From an uncultured Flavobacteriaceae bacterium (GTDB taxonomy: Bacteria > Bacteroidota > Bacteroidia > Flavobacteriales > Flavobacteriaceae), in assembly GCA_964627595.1 (NCBI GenBank), contig CAZVKA010000003.1, positions 1,257 through 65,256 of the forward strand: DNA of 64,000 nucleotides, written 5' to 3'. Positions 18,109 through 28,108 of this stretch are shown here, one piece after another (the first letter of the stretch is position 1; the number at the start of each line of letters is the position of its first letter). The translations under genes and the position numbers were made by a program. The notes beneath the pieces are model-generated. The model did not search any database, had not been told where the DNA came from, and saw only the letters and a program-made list of their open reading frames with translations.

Positions 18109-19374
18109 TTAGAAGCTGATTACTGCTTCAAGGTTAAAGCCGTTGAATTGTGCGTCATCATAGATGGTTCCGGCAGGATAGTCGTTATACTGCTGGTTCA
18201 CGTACTCGATTTTTGCAAGAACGTTTTTGGTTAGGAACCATCCACCGCCTATGTTGAAACGGTTAACAGAAACATCATCATTGCTTGCAGTATTGTAACG
18301 TGCACCTAGGTAAAAGTCTTCAGTTGCACCAAATCTGTATAGAAGCTCACCTGCAAATTGATTCCAATCATCATTTTCAGTTGATGCATTTTCATAGATT
18401 CCAAAGAACTCAAGTCCTCCTACTTTTACGAATGGGTTGATCATGAAAGAAGTAAGTTCTTCTCCTTGGGCAGGGTTAATTCTAGCAGCTCTGAAATTAC
18501 CCTCTATTACATTGTAGTATCTTGATCCTGCACGGTCACCAGAGTAAAGGTATTGTGTAGCTCCTCTTGAACCCACAGGTCTGAATCCAGAGTGAAATAC
18601 AGATCCTGTTAATCTGAATCTGAAATCTTCAGAGAATTGCTTGTCATAACCAAGTTTTGCAAGGTAAGAAGGATCTCTATCGCTTTTTACGGAGCTTTGG
18701 TTAATTGTACTGTTAGTAAAACCTACCATTGCTAACCATGGTCCATTCATATAGTACACTTCTGCACCCACTTCGGTAGTAAAGGCATCCATTAGGTAGT
18801 TACCTACGAATGGGTTGTAAAGGGCCATCGCGTTGTCAGATCTTCTGAAGTGAGCGTCACCGTAGTTGTTCTCCATGTGACCAATTTTGATCCTCCAGTT
18901 ATCCATAACGCCTGCCAGGTCTTCGCTGATCCATTCAAGACCATCGATTTGAATGTATCCACCTTTTACATATGCTTCATTGTGGTGTTGAGAAGAAAGA
19001 TAGGTTCTCAAGTGCATTCTTAAACCTTTTGCCAAAAGAACGTCAAGATCAAGGTTGGCAGTAGCAAGGTTAAAATTAGTTCCAAGTTCGGTAAGATCGT
19101 CCTCCCCTGAAGAATTTTCCTGGCGTAGTCCCTGTAATTGTATTGTGGAAGCTCCACCTATTCTTACCTGTACACCATCAAAATCATAATCAGTGTCCTT
19201 TGTTGGTTCAAATTCATTGATCCCTCTTTGATCTGGAGCTCTAAAGTTAGGAAGTTCTCTGTCCCAAATGGTTTTTTCTTCCACTTCTACTTCTACTTCT
19301 ACTTCTTGTGCCTGTGCCTGGAGGCCCATCGCCATCATAAGGGCGATACCTGAATATTTAATTAAATTTCTCAT
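18109..19374 (-). CDS. Uncharacterised outer-membrane beta-barrel (porin-like)
   Basis: Sec signal (AQA), alternating amphipathic strands, C-terminal LEAVISF beta-signal. Confidence 0.8.
   Translation of the reverse strand: MRNLIKYSGIALMMAMGLQAQAQEVEVEVEVEEKTIWDRELPNFRAPDQRGINEFEPTKDTDYDFDGVQVRIGGASTIQLQGLRQENSSGEDDLTELGTNFNLATANLDLDVLLAKGLRMHLRTYLSSQHHNEAYVKGGYIQIDGLEWISEDLAGVMDNWRIKIGHMENNYGDAHFRRSDNAMALYNPFVGNYLMDAFTTEVGAEVYYMNGPWLAMVGFTNSTINQSSVKSDRDPSYLAKLGYDKQFSEDFRFRLTGSVFHSGFRPVGSRGATQYLYSGDRAGSRYYNVIEGNFRAARINPAQGEELTSFMINPFVKVGGLEFFGIYENASTENDDWNQFAGELLYRFGATEDFYLGARYNTASNDDVSVNRFNIGGGWFLTKNVLAKIEYVNQQYNDYPAGTIYDDAQFNGFNLEAVISF
19283..19306. repeat. In-frame hexamer tandem repeat (ACTTCT)x4 encoding EVEVEVEV
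   Basis: Read directly; just after the signal peptide of the barrel. Confidence 0.85.
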
Positions 19375-19428
19375 TTTTGATAATTAAAAAGTTGATAGTT
19401 AAATTGTTTAATCTGTTTTTGTTATTGA

Positions 19429-20019
19429 TTATTTTGAATAAGCCGCTTCAAATTTAATGTTGACCTCTTCTCCGGTAGTAATGGTTCCAAACATAGCTGT
19501 TGGAGGATCTACTTTATAGTCAGTCATGTTGATCTTTTTGTTGCCGCTAAGGGTGATCCTGTCGCCGGTCACTTTCGCGTCAAAAACCAACTCTATATTC
19601 TTTTTGGTTCCTGCGATGGTAAGAACTCCGTTTGCGATGATCTTACAGGATGTTTTAGAGGTACAATCAAGGTTTTTCACGTTTGTAAGCTCATAGGTTA
19701 TTCTGCTGTACTTATCTGTGTTAAGAGCCTTGTATGCATTTTTATCCATTCCGCCCTTTCCGCTTTTTAAACTCTCGGCAACCACTCCAAACTGTAACTG
19801 GTCCAGTTGCACCAATTGTCCGTCTTCCATTTGAACCTTCAAACTTCCCTGGAGCTCTTTTGCAGACATCTCCCAGTCATGAATATTTGAGGTTCCTTCC
19901 ACTTTTAGATTGGAGGCTCCACTGTTCAAGGTAAAAGTTTGAGCTGCTATTGGGTTGACAGAAAATACCATTACCAGAAAGCTTCCAATTACTAACCAAA
20001 GGTTCTTTTTTGTGTTCAT
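19429..20019 (-). CDS. YceI family secreted protein
   Basis: Signal peptide; VEGTSNIHDW, SLKSGK..MD...YKAL, GVLTIAG, MTDYKVDPP. Confidence 0.9.
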   Translation of the reverse strand: MNTKKNLWLVIGSFLVMVFSVNPIAAQTFTLNSGASNLKVEGTSNIHDWEMSAKELQGSLKVQMEDGQLVQLDQLQFGVVAESLKSGKGGMDKNAYKALNTDKYSRITYELTNVKNLDCTSKTSCKIIANGVLTIAGTKKNIELVFDAKVTGDRITLSGNKKINMTDYKVDPPTAMFGTITTGEEVNIKFEAAYSK

Positions 20020-20069
20020 GATTTATGTTTTTAATTATGATACAAAGATGGGGTAGAAATGCAGGGCAG

Positions 20070-20089
20070 AGTATGACGCGGGTCAGGTT
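20070..20089 (-). promoter_or_regulatory. Crp/Fnr-type box upstream of the yceI-barrel block
   Basis: agtaTGA-cgcggg-TCAggtt; -7-like CATCTTTG (minus) at 20043-20050, 23 nt away. Confidence 0.78.
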
Positions 20090-20201
20090 TCGATAAGATT
20101 GTGGTGCTTGTAAATTTGATTTTTAAGGTATCTTTCACATTTCCCACAACCTCAATAAAATGTGAGGTTTAGGGCCACTAAAGATTCTTGCATCTCTCGA
20201 A

Positions 20202-20221
20202 AAGCTGACTATGCTCATGTT
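20202..20221. promoter_or_regulatory. Orphan Crp/Fnr-type box
   Basis: aagcTGA-ctatgc-TCAtgtt; no -7 element at the 23-nt position. Confidence 0.45.
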
Positions 20222-20393
20222 TTCAAGGTTAAAATTCTACCTTAAAGTTCTAAATGAGGTTTTTTCGAGACAAAGGATAATCAAATTTTAACCCGATTTT
20301 AATATTTCACTTCTAAAAATTGGATAAAACGGTCCTATTTATTAATAGCTAACCTTACTAACCATGAATTTTTATAACAAGGATTTAAGAAAT

Positions 20394-21095
20394 TTAGTGG
20401 CAGTTGACTGCGGCGTTGACCACGGCCGTGGCAGGAGAAGGTGATAGGTATGGAATATCAAGTCCCATTCCCCGGATGATGAACAGTAGACCAATTACCA
20501 CCACAAATACCGGGATTATCTTTTGAACTTTTCTTCTCAGGATACCATTCAGCATACCACTAAAATAAACTGCTGTGGTCATTAACGGGATGGTTCCTAT
20601 CCCGAACAATATCATATACAGACTCCCTTTTAAAATGGCCCCTGAAGCGATCGCGCCAAATACAGCCATATATACCAGCCCGCAGGGAAGGAAGCCGTTT
20701 AAAAAGCCAATGGTGAAGAAGGTATCGGGGGTCTTCTTTTTCAAAGCTGCCCCGAGAGAAGATTTTACTTTGCCGATCAATTTATAAAGCGGTTTCGATA
20801 AATTGTATTTTCCGAAGGTTTTGGAAGGAATTACAATAACCGCGATCATCAATATGCCCGCGGCTATTGATAAGTGCTGCTGAATTCCGACGAGATTAAA
20901 ACTTTTTCCCAGCATACCAAAAGTCAATCCAATTAAGGCATAGGAGAAAATACGACCGAAATGGTACAGAAAAATCTGCAGGAATTTTTTCAGGGAATTA
21001 TCCCTGTTCACGGGAAGCATAAAGGCAATAGGCCCGCACATGCCCACACAGTGAAAACTACCCAGTATCCCGAATATGAGTGCCGATAACAGCAT
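20394..21095 (-). CDS. DsbD_2 / TauE-SafE-like membrane protein of the cco cluster
   Basis: GSFHCVGMCGP and NGFLPCGLVY motifs. Confidence 0.88.
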   Translation of the reverse strand: MLLSALIFGILGSFHCVGMCGPIAFMLPVNRDNSLKKFLQIFLYHFGRIFSYALIGLTFGMLGKSFNLVGIQQHLSIAAGILMIAVIVIPSKTFGKYNLSKPLYKLIGKVKSSLGAALKKKTPDTFFTIGFLNGFLPCGLVYMAVFGAIASGAILKGSLYMILFGIGTIPLMTTAVYFSGMLNGILRRKVQKIIPVFVVVIGLLFIIRGMGLDIPYLSPSPATAVVNAAVNCH

Positions 21096-21547
21096 TAATA
21101 ATTGATCTCTTCTTTGTAAAAGTACGACTGGTCATTATAGGTCCAGTCAATAAGGATGTTCCAGCGGCCGCCCACCAAGCGGTTATCAGGTACGAGCAAT
21201 TGATGAGAGGACAATGAAAGAGGAATTTCACGGTCCAGTTGCTTGTTTGACGGCCGGTAAAGGAACATTTTACCTTTAATTGTTGAAGGGGTGAGCTCTT
21301 TGGGAAAGCTTACAACAAGCCCTTCGGGGGTTTTTTCTATGTGGATGCTCTCAGTAAGATTTAATGCATTGGATTCTTTGTCCAGCTGCTGCTGGAATGC
21401 CAACTCAGTCTTATAATATTCTTCTGTAACCAAATCATGACTAAAAGCCTCATCTGTAATCATAGTGATCACCAGGAACAGGATAAAGCTCACAAAACTT
21501 ACAATTGCCAGGACGATGCCTGTACCCCAATTTATCTTCATCTTCAA
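21095..21547 (-). CDS. ccoH: FixH/CcoH family protein
   Basis: NWGTGI TM, DLVTEEYY, LYRPS; operon position. Confidence 0.88.
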   Translation of the reverse strand: MKMKINWGTGIVLAIVSFVSFILFLVITMITDEAFSHDLVTEEYYKTELAFQQQLDKESNALNLTESIHIEKTPEGLVVSFPKELTPSTIKGKMFLYRPSNKQLDREIPLSLSSHQLLVPDNRLVGGRWNILIDWTYNDQSYFYKEEINY

Positions 21548-21558
21548 ATTTTATTTTG

Positions 21559-22977
21559 TTATCTGAAACTCCTTGGCCCCATAAAATTGGTGCTGGTCTT
21601 TTCTATTAATTTTTTATCACTGTAAATTCCTATCTCAACATTACTCTTTTCATCATTAAGTAAGGCTTTGTTAATCTCTATGAACAAAGTTCCCTCTGCA
21701 AGACCCTTTTCGGGGACTTCAATATTTTTATGAGTAACAGATTCAATTTTTCCTTCATGGGAGAGCAACTTAAAATAGACATTCTCGAATTTGTCGGTTG
21801 TCTTATTGATCAATTTGAACGTATAGACGTTACTGATCATATTCCCTTCCCTGGATTCATATAATTGCCCCGGAAGTCTTAAAATGGTTGCTTCAACATC
21901 ACTTCTTATGAACAGCATCCCAGAGAGTATCCCCACCAGCACAAACAGTATTGCTGCATAACCTTTCATTCTTGGAGTGAAAGTAAAACTCCTCTCTTTT
22001 TCGATATCTTCTTCGGAATAATACCCTATTAAACCTTTAGGAAGATCAACCTTTTCCATCATCGCGTCACAGGCATCTATACATGCCGTGCAGTTAATAC
22101 ACTCCAATTGGGTTCCATTTCTAATATCTATTCCCGTTGGGCATACGTGTACACATTGGGAACAATCGATACAATCACCTTTCCCCAGTTCTTCACGGTT
22201 CTCATTCTTTTTAAATTTTGATCTCCCTTTTTCCCGCTCCCCACGCTTGTGGTTGTAAGCCACTACGGCCGATTTATTGTCCAAAAGTACACTTTGTAAC
22301 CTTCCGTAGGGACAGGCAATGGTACATACCTGCTCCCGGAACCAGGCAAAAATGAAATAGAATACTCCGGTGAAGATCAAAAGGGCTGTAAAGGTGCTGA
22401 GGTTATCCAAAGGCCCTTGGGTAACGTATTGCAGGAGTCGTTTGCTGCCCACCAGGTAAGCCAGGAAAACGTTGGCAATGCCAAAGGAGATGAGGAAAAA
22501 GATAAACCATTTACTTCCTTTTTTTCTAATCTTAGCAGCATTCCATTCCTGCTTATCCAGTCTCATTTGTGCTCCCCGGTCTCCCTCTATCCAGTACTCT
22601 ACCTTCCTAAAAACCATTTCCATGAAGATGGTCTGAGGGCAGATCCAACCGCAGAAGATCCTACCATAAGCATTGGTAAAGAGGGTTACGAACAGCACCC
22701 CAATGATCATGGCAGTCACACCTATATAAAAATCCTGGGGCCAAAAGGGGAATCCTAAAATATGGAATTCGCGCCCCAGGAAATTGAATAGCATAAACTG
22801 GTTGCCGTTTATGTGAATAAATGGCGAGGCAATCAAGAAAATTAGTAGAAACCAGGTAAGCACGGTACGGTATTTATAAAAATTACCTGCCGGTTTTTTT
22901 GGATATACCCAAGCCCGCTTTCCCTTATCGTCCATGGTGCCTATCCTGTCCCGGAAATTGCTGTTGGTGGTATCCAC
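21559..22977 (-). CDS. ccoG: cbb3 oxidase accessory Fe-S protein CcoG
   Basis: GRIFCGWICPQT, CTIACPYGRLQ, CIDCSQCVHVCP, CINCTACIDAC; GTG start. Confidence 0.95.
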   Translation of the reverse strand: MDTTNSNFRDRIGTMDDKGKRAWVYPKKPAGNFYKYRTVLTWFLLIFLIASPFIHINGNQFMLFNFLGREFHILGFPFWPQDFYIGVTAMIIGVLFVTLFTNAYGRIFCGWICPQTIFMEMVFRKVEYWIEGDRGAQMRLDKQEWNAAKIRKKGSKWFIFFLISFGIANVFLAYLVGSKRLLQYVTQGPLDNLSTFTALLIFTGVFYFIFAWFREQVCTIACPYGRLQSVLLDNKSAVVAYNHKRGEREKGRSKFKKNENREELGKGDCIDCSQCVHVCPTGIDIRNGTQLECINCTACIDACDAMMEKVDLPKGLIGYYSEEDIEKERSFTFTPRMKGYAAILFVLVGILSGMLFIRSDVEATILRLPGQLYESREGNMISNVYTFKLINKTTDKFENVYFKLLSHEGKIESVTHKNIEVPEKGLAEGTLFIEINKALLNDEKSNVEIGIYSDKKLIEKTSTNFMGPRSFR

Positions 22978-23001
22978 TGTTAGCTGGTTTTTTAAATTAA
23001 A

Positions 23002-23877
23002 TTATTCTTCTGTCCAGATTTCTCCTTCTGCTTCTTTTGGACTAGCAGGGGTTGTTCCCTGCAGACTCAATACATAGCTCGAAACCTGCTGGATCTCTGT
23101 AGGGGAAAGAGTAGACTTCCATGCCACCATTCCTTTACCTGAACGTCCTCCCTCACTGATCGTTTGGAAGATGTTCTTGATGCCGCCACCAAGGATCCAA
23201 TGCTCATCGGCCAGGTTTGGACCAATTCCTCCTCCGCCATCAGCTGCGTGGCATGCCATACAGTTGGTTTGATAAATAGCTGCTCCTTTTTCCAGGTCTT
23301 CGGGCTCAGTAAGTGCTACTACCGACTCGGCATCAACAAGATCTGGCGCATTCTTTTTATATTCTTCCACGGCGATCTTTGCCGCTGCCATTTCCTGTTC
23401 AAATTCGGTTGCCTGGTTGGCACCATCCAGGACGTGGTAGTAAACCATATAACCTGCAGCAAAGACAATAGATACATAAAAGGAATATAGCCACCACGGT
23501 GGGAGCTTGTTGTCAAGCTCCTTGATCCCGTCATAGTTGTGATCCAGTTCCAGGTCCCTTTCTTCGGAAATTGGACGGGTACCCATAAGCTTTCTGTAAA
23601 GCTTTTTGAGATCGTATTTCTCCATCCTCTTTTCATGGGCAGCCATATATTTTTCCTTAGCTTCAGGAGAAAGAGATTTGAAAAGGATATTTTCAAAGGC
23701 TCCTAGAACGATTTCCGCAGAAATGAGTAATAAAAGAATGAAGGCCAGCACTAGCTGTAAAACCGGATATTCTATAAAGGCGTAAGTACCGGGGGAGTCA
23801 ATAAAATACTCCATTCCGCCTACAATGATCAAAAAGATAACCGGAATTCTTATCCAGGCGGGAATTGCATGTCTCAT
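23002..23877 (-). CDS. ccoP: cbb3-type cytochrome c oxidase subunit III (monoheme)
   Basis: DHNYDGIKELDNKLPPWW; one CMACH. Confidence 0.95.
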   Translation of the reverse strand: MRHAIPAWIRIPVIFLIIVGGMEYFIDSPGTYAFIEYPVLQLVLAFILLLLISAEIVLGAFENILFKSLSPEAKEKYMAAHEKRMEKYDLKKLYRKLMGTRPISEERDLELDHNYDGIKELDNKLPPWWLYSFYVSIVFAAGYMVYYHVLDGANQATEFEQEMAAAKIAVEEYKKNAPDLVDAESVVALTEPEDLEKGAAIYQTNCMACHAADGGGGIGPNLADEHWILGGGIKNIFQTISEGGRSGKGMVAWKSTLSPTEIQQVSSYVLSLQGTTPASPKEAEGEIWTEE

Positions 23878-24059
23878 AATGTCTGGTCGTTTTCAGTTTC
23901 TAACGGGATCTGTTCCATATTGTTGATATACTCTTTTTTAGCGGTGAACACCCACCAGAAAAGAAGTACAAAAAACAAGAAGAAGATAAGCAGGGAAAGG
24001 ATTGGGTATATTTCAATTCCCGCAATGGTCTCCATGTGTCCTTTTATAAATTTTAACAT
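23874..24059 (-). CDS. ccoQ: cbb3-type cytochrome c oxidase subunit IV
   Basis: 61 aa single TM between ccoNO and ccoP. Confidence 0.9.
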   Translation of the reverse strand: MLKFIKGHMETIAGIEIYPILSLLIFFLFFVLLFWWVFTAKKEYINNMEQIPLETENDQTL

Positions 24060-24065
24060 GATGTC

Positions 24066-26264
24066 TTAATTTGAAGTGGTTGAAGTTTCAGGTTCTTTGA
24101 TCTTAATGTCTGTACCCAGGCGCTGGATGTACGCAATAAGGGCTACGATCTCACGGTCTTTCATTTCTACGAAATCGAGTCCGTTCTCTTCTGCATATTT
24201 CTTATCGGCTTCATAGGTTGCCACAAAGTCTGGGTCGTTGTACAGGTTTTCCTGGATTTGGGTGGCCTGTGCATCCATATGGGCCTGCGCGTTCGCAATC
24301 TCCTCCTCGGTATAAGGGACTCCCAGTTTTACCATTGCCCGCATTTTTGTCTCAGTATTGGAGCGATCGTTTTTATCTGTGATGAGCCATTTGTAACCCG
24401 GCATTATTGATCCTGCCGATGTGCTTTGAGGATCATACATGTGATTAAAATGCCAGTTATCAGAATATTTTCCTCCAATTCTCATAAGATCGGGCCCGGT
24501 ACGTTTACTTCCCCACAGGAATGGGTGGTCGTATACATATTCCCCGGCTTTAGAATACTCCCCGTATCGCTCTACTTCACTTCTAAAAGGACGGATCATC
24601 TGCGAGTGACAGGAAACACAACTTTCCCTAATGTAGATGTCCCGACCTTCCAGTTCCAGGGGAGTATAAGGTTTCACACTGGTGATGGTTGGAATATTTG
24701 ATTTAACCAGGATGGTAGGGACGATCTGGATAATTCCTCCTATAAGGATGGCAATGGTCGCAAGAATGGTTAATTGCACTGGTCTTCTTTCCAACCAGGT
24801 GTGGAATCCTTCACCAACCAGTCTTCTTTTACTGATCTTTTCAAGCGGTGCTGCTTCGGCAAGTTCATCGGTCACTTCAGAACCAGACTTGATTGTCTTG
24901 TAAACGTTGTACAGCAGGATGAACATTCCAAGGATATACATGCTTCCTCCAATTGCCCTGAACCAGTACATTGGGATGATCTCGGTTACGGTTTCAAGGA
25001 AGTTTCCGTAGACAAGAGTACCGTCAGGATTGAACTGTTTCCACATGGAAGCCTGAACAAACCCTGCAACGTACATGGGCAGTGCATAAAGAATGATTCC
25101 CAGGGTTCCCACCCAGAAATGAGCGTTTGCCAGCTTAATAGAGAATAATTTTGTCTTGAACATTCTAGGTACCAGCCAGTAGACCATACCAAAAGTTAAG
25201 AATCCGTTCCAGGCAAGTGCTCCCACGTGAACGTGTGCAATAACCCAGTCACTGAAGTGAGCGATGGCGTTCACATTTTTTAGCGAAAGCATAGGGCCTT
25301 CAAAAGTGGCCATCCCGTAGCCGGTAATGGCAACAACCATGAATTTAAGGACGGGATCTGCTTTTACCTTATCCCACGCTCCTCTTAATGTCAGCAATCC
25401 GTTGATCATACCTCCCCAGGAAGGCATCAGTAACATTACAGAAAAAGCAACCCCAAGGTTCTGAGCCCAGTCTGGTAAAGACGAATACAATAAATGGTGT
25501 GGCCCAGCCCAGATATAGATAAAGATCAAAGACCAGAAGTGAATGATGGACAATTTATAAGAGTACACCGGCCGGTTAGCGGCTTTAGGCACAAAATAGT
25601 ACATAAGGCCCAGGAACGGAGTAGTAAGGAAAAACGCTACTGCATTGTGCCCGTACCACCACTGTACCAGGGCATCCTGTACCCCGGCGTAGACTGAGTA
25701 ACTTTTGAACAGTCCTACAGGAATAGCAAGGCTGTTGAAAATATGGAGAACGGCAACAGTTACAAAAGTAGCAATGTAAAACCAGATCGCCACGTAAAGG
25801 TGACGCTGTCTTCTCTTAAAAATAGTGGCAATAAGGTTCCAGCCAAACACTACCCAAACCACAGCTATGGCAATATCAAACGGCCATTCAAGTTCTGCAT
25901 ATTCTTTTGAGCTGGTAAAACCCATGGGCAGCGTGATCGCCGCCCCTACAATGATCGCCTGCCATCCCCAAAAATTGATCTTGCTCAGGATATCACTGTA
26001 CATCCTTGCTTTAAGAAGGCGCTGTGTGGAGTAATAGACTCCGGCGAAAATGGCATTACCTACAAAGGCAAAGATTACCGCATTGGTATGTAAAGGTCTT
26101 AAGCGACCAAAGCTTAGCCATGATATCCCATCTGTTAGATTTGGGAATAAAAACATAAAGGCCAGCAGGAGACCTACTGACATTCCCACCACGCCCCAAA
26201 GCAGGGTAGCGTAGAGAAAGTTTTTTACGATCTTGTTGTCGTAATAGAACTGTTGCAATTCCAT
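24066..26264 (-). CDS. ccoN: cbb3-type cytochrome c oxidase fused subunits I and II (CcoNO)
   Basis: RLRPLHTN, WWYGHNAV, WAGPHH, HVH; C-terminal CVSCHSQMIRP and WGSKRTGPDL. Confidence 0.97.
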   Translation of the reverse strand: MELQQFYYDNKIVKNFLYATLLWGVVGMSVGLLLAFMFLFPNLTDGISWLSFGRLRPLHTNAVIFAFVGNAIFAGVYYSTQRLLKARMYSDILSKINFWGWQAIIVGAAITLPMGFTSSKEYAELEWPFDIAIAVVWVVFGWNLIATIFKRRQRHLYVAIWFYIATFVTVAVLHIFNSLAIPVGLFKSYSVYAGVQDALVQWWYGHNAVAFFLTTPFLGLMYYFVPKAANRPVYSYKLSIIHFWSLIFIYIWAGPHHLLYSSLPDWAQNLGVAFSVMLLMPSWGGMINGLLTLRGAWDKVKADPVLKFMVVAITGYGMATFEGPMLSLKNVNAIAHFSDWVIAHVHVGALAWNGFLTFGMVYWLVPRMFKTKLFSIKLANAHFWVGTLGIILYALPMYVAGFVQASMWKQFNPDGTLVYGNFLETVTEIIPMYWFRAIGGSMYILGMFILLYNVYKTIKSGSEVTDELAEAAPLEKISKRRLVGEGFHTWLERRPVQLTILATIAILIGGIIQIVPTILVKSNIPTITSVKPYTPLELEGRDIYIRESCVSCHSQMIRPFRSEVERYGEYSKAGEYVYDHPFLWGSKRTGPDLMRIGGKYSDNWHFNHMYDPQSTSAGSIMPGYKWLITDKNDRSNTETKMRAMVKLGVPYTEEEIANAQAHMDAQATQIQENLYNDPDFVATYEADKKYAEENGLDFVEMKDREIVALIAYIQRLGTDIKIKEPETSTTSN

Positions 26265-26279
26265 ACTTGATTCTCTTTG

Positions 26280-26456
26280 TTAAAGTTTACTGGATTTGTT
26301 TGTTTTTTCTTTGACAAGCTCATCTTCGAACAGCATACGTACCGAGGGGGTGTAGTCATCATCAAACTGGCCTTTTCTTACCGCAATGATGAAAACAATG
26401 AAAAAGAATACCGCCACAGTAATACTTACTGTCAGTAACAAATAGATTACGCTCAT
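26280..26456 (-). CDS. ccoS: cbb3 oxidase maturation protein CcoS (58 aa, absent from ORF track)
   Basis: Manual translation MSVIYLLLTVSITVAVFFFIVFIIAVRKGQFDDDYTPSVRMLFEDE...SKL*; GQFDD motif. Confidence 0.93.
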   Translation of the reverse strand: MSVIYLLLTVSITVAVFFFIVFIIAVRKGQFDDDYTPSVRMLFEDELVKEKTNKSSKL

Positions 26457-26502
26457 ACCTATTTAATTATGGGGGCAAAACTAGGAGGAACCTGTTTTTC
26501 TA

Positions 26503-26522
26503 AATATGACCTCGATCAGGTT
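26503..26522 (-). promoter_or_regulatory. Crp/Fnr-type box upstream of ccoS-ccoNOQPGH
   Basis: aataTGA-cctcga-TCAggtt; -7 TAGTTTTG (minus) at 26476-26483, 23 nt away. Confidence 0.82.
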
Positions 26523-26559
26523 TCTATAAGAAAGCATCTTTTTGTAAAAAATTCAGGCA

Positions 26560-26579
26560 GACATGATTACGCTCATATT
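26560..26579 (+). promoter_or_regulatory. Crp/Fnr-type box upstream of nirK
   Basis: gacaTGA-ttacgc-TCAtatt; -7-like GACATTTG at 26599-26606, 23 nt after the core. Confidence 0.8.
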
Positions 26580-26597
26580 AGAGAGAAAAGTTAATTA

Positions 26598-26611
26598 GGA
26601 CATTTGTGTCT
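26598..26611. promoter_or_regulatory. GACA-N4-TGTC palindrome overlapping the nirK -7 element
   Basis: GGACA-tttg-TGTCT. Confidence 0.6.
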
Positions 26612-26642
26612 GAAATTGAAACTGACTTAAAAAAATCTGATC

Positions 26643-28094
26643 ATGAAAAATTCCAAAACATCTACATTGAAACTGGTTTACCTGTTTTTTGCAGTCGCAC
26701 TTTTAGCCGGTATCCTAAGTTCTTGTGAGAAAGCGGCGGCCGAGAAAAAGGAGCCTGAAAAAATGAAAGTATATGGCGAAAGTGAAGCCGAAATGACGGC
26801 TCCACCTAAAGTTCCGCGTCCCGTGGGAAAAAGGCCTGCTACCAAACTAATTGTTAATATGGAGGTAGTTGAAAAAGAGATGGAAATGGCAGATGGGGTG
26901 ACCTATAACTACTGGACCTTTGACGGTTCGGTTCCCGGAAGCTTTATTCGTACCCGTGTAGGAGATGAAATTGAGTTCCACTTCAAGAACCACCCAGATA
27001 GTAAACTGCCTCATAATATTGACCTCCACGCGGTAACAGGACCGGGGGGAGGAGCTGAGTCTTCTTATGTAGCACCGGGCCAGCAGTCGACCTTTACCTT
27101 TAAAACAATGAACCCCGGCCTTTATGTTTACCACTGTGCCACGGCTCCTGTGGGAATGCACATTGCAAATGGAATGTACGGACTTATCCTGGTGGAGCCT
27201 GAAGGTGGACTGCCTCCTGTAGATCGTGAATATTATGTGATGCAGGGTGATTTCTATACCAAAGGGGAGCATGGAGAAAGAGGCTTTCAGGCCTTTGATA
27301 TGAATAAAGCTGTTGATGAAGATGCAGATTACGTGGTCTTCAATGGTAAAGTGGGAGGTCTTACCGGTGATAATGCCTTACATGCTAAAGTTGGCGAAAC
27401 AGTAAGGTTATTTGTTGGGAATGGAGGACCAAATCTGGTGTCTTCTTTCCACGTGATTGGAGAGATCTTCGATAAAGTGTATGTTGAAGGAGGAAGCAGC
27501 ATCAATGAAAACGTACAGACTACTTTGATCCCTGCCGGTGGTGCTGCCATTGTAGAATTTAAAGTAGAGGTTCCGGGCGACCTTGTTCTGGTAGATCACT
27601 CCATCTTCCGTGCATTTAACAAAGGGGCTTTGGGTATCCTTAAAGTAGAAGGAGAAGAGAATGAAAAAGTTTTTGGCGGAAAGATCGCTGAAGGGCCTTA
27701 TAATCCTGGAACAGTAGTTTCTGCCGAGGTTCAAACCGAAGAATCTCATGAACCGGGGAATGAGATGTCTCTCGCTGAAAAAATGGAAAGAGGTAAAACC
27801 GTTTACACTCAAAACTGTATGGCCTGTCACCAGGCAACAGGAGCAGGCCTTCCCGGAGCATTCCCTCCGCTTGCGGCTTCAGACTGGCTGAATGCAGATG
27901 CGCACCGTGCAATTGATGCCGTGAAATTTGGGCTCTCAGGGGAGATCAAGGTTAACGGGGATGTCTACAACTCAATGATGCCCAAGCAGAATATTTCTGA
28001 CGAAGATATCGCCAGCGTACTTACCTATATCTACAACAACTGGGATAACAACAAGACCGAGGTAACCACTCAAATGGTTAAATCAAGAAAATAA
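26643..28094 (+). CDS. nirK: Copper nitrite reductase, lipoprotein, with C-terminal cytochrome c domain
   Basis: Lipobox LSSC; [34 protein letters not shown]; C-terminal CMACH. Confidence 0.96.
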   Translation: MKNSKTSTLKLVYLFFAVALLAGILSSCEKAAAEKKEPEKMKVYGESEAEMTAPPKVPRPVGKRPATKLIVNMEVVEKEMEMADGVTYNYWTFDGSVPGSFIRTRVGDEIEFHFKNHPDSKLPHNIDLHAVTGPGGGAESSYVAPGQQSTFTFKTMNPGLYVYHCATAPVGMHIANGMYGLILVEPEGGLPPVDREYYVMQGDFYTKGEHGERGFQAFDMNKAVDEDADYVVFNGKVGGLTGDNALHAKVGETVRLFVGNGGPNLVSSFHVIGEIFDKVYVEGGSSINENVQTTLIPAGGAAIVEFKVEVPGDLVLVDHSIFRAFNKGALGILKVEGEENEKVFGGKIAEGPYNPGTVVSAEVQTEESHEPGNEMSLAEKMERGKTVYTQNCMACHQATGAGLPGAFPPLAASDWLNADAHRAIDAVKFGLSGEIKVNGDVYNSMMPKQNISDEDIASVLTYIYNNWDNNKTEVTTQMVKSRK

Positions 28095-28108
28095 CAAATA
28101 AGAGAATT

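Noticed and set aside
19283-19306. (ACTTCT)4 as a phase-variation switch
   Set aside because: Unit is 6 nt so slippage keeps frame; only four copies.
24066-26264. ccoN-ccoO fusion, monoheme CcoP and six-heme ActA as novelties
   Set aside because: Established features of Bacteroidota respiratory chains.
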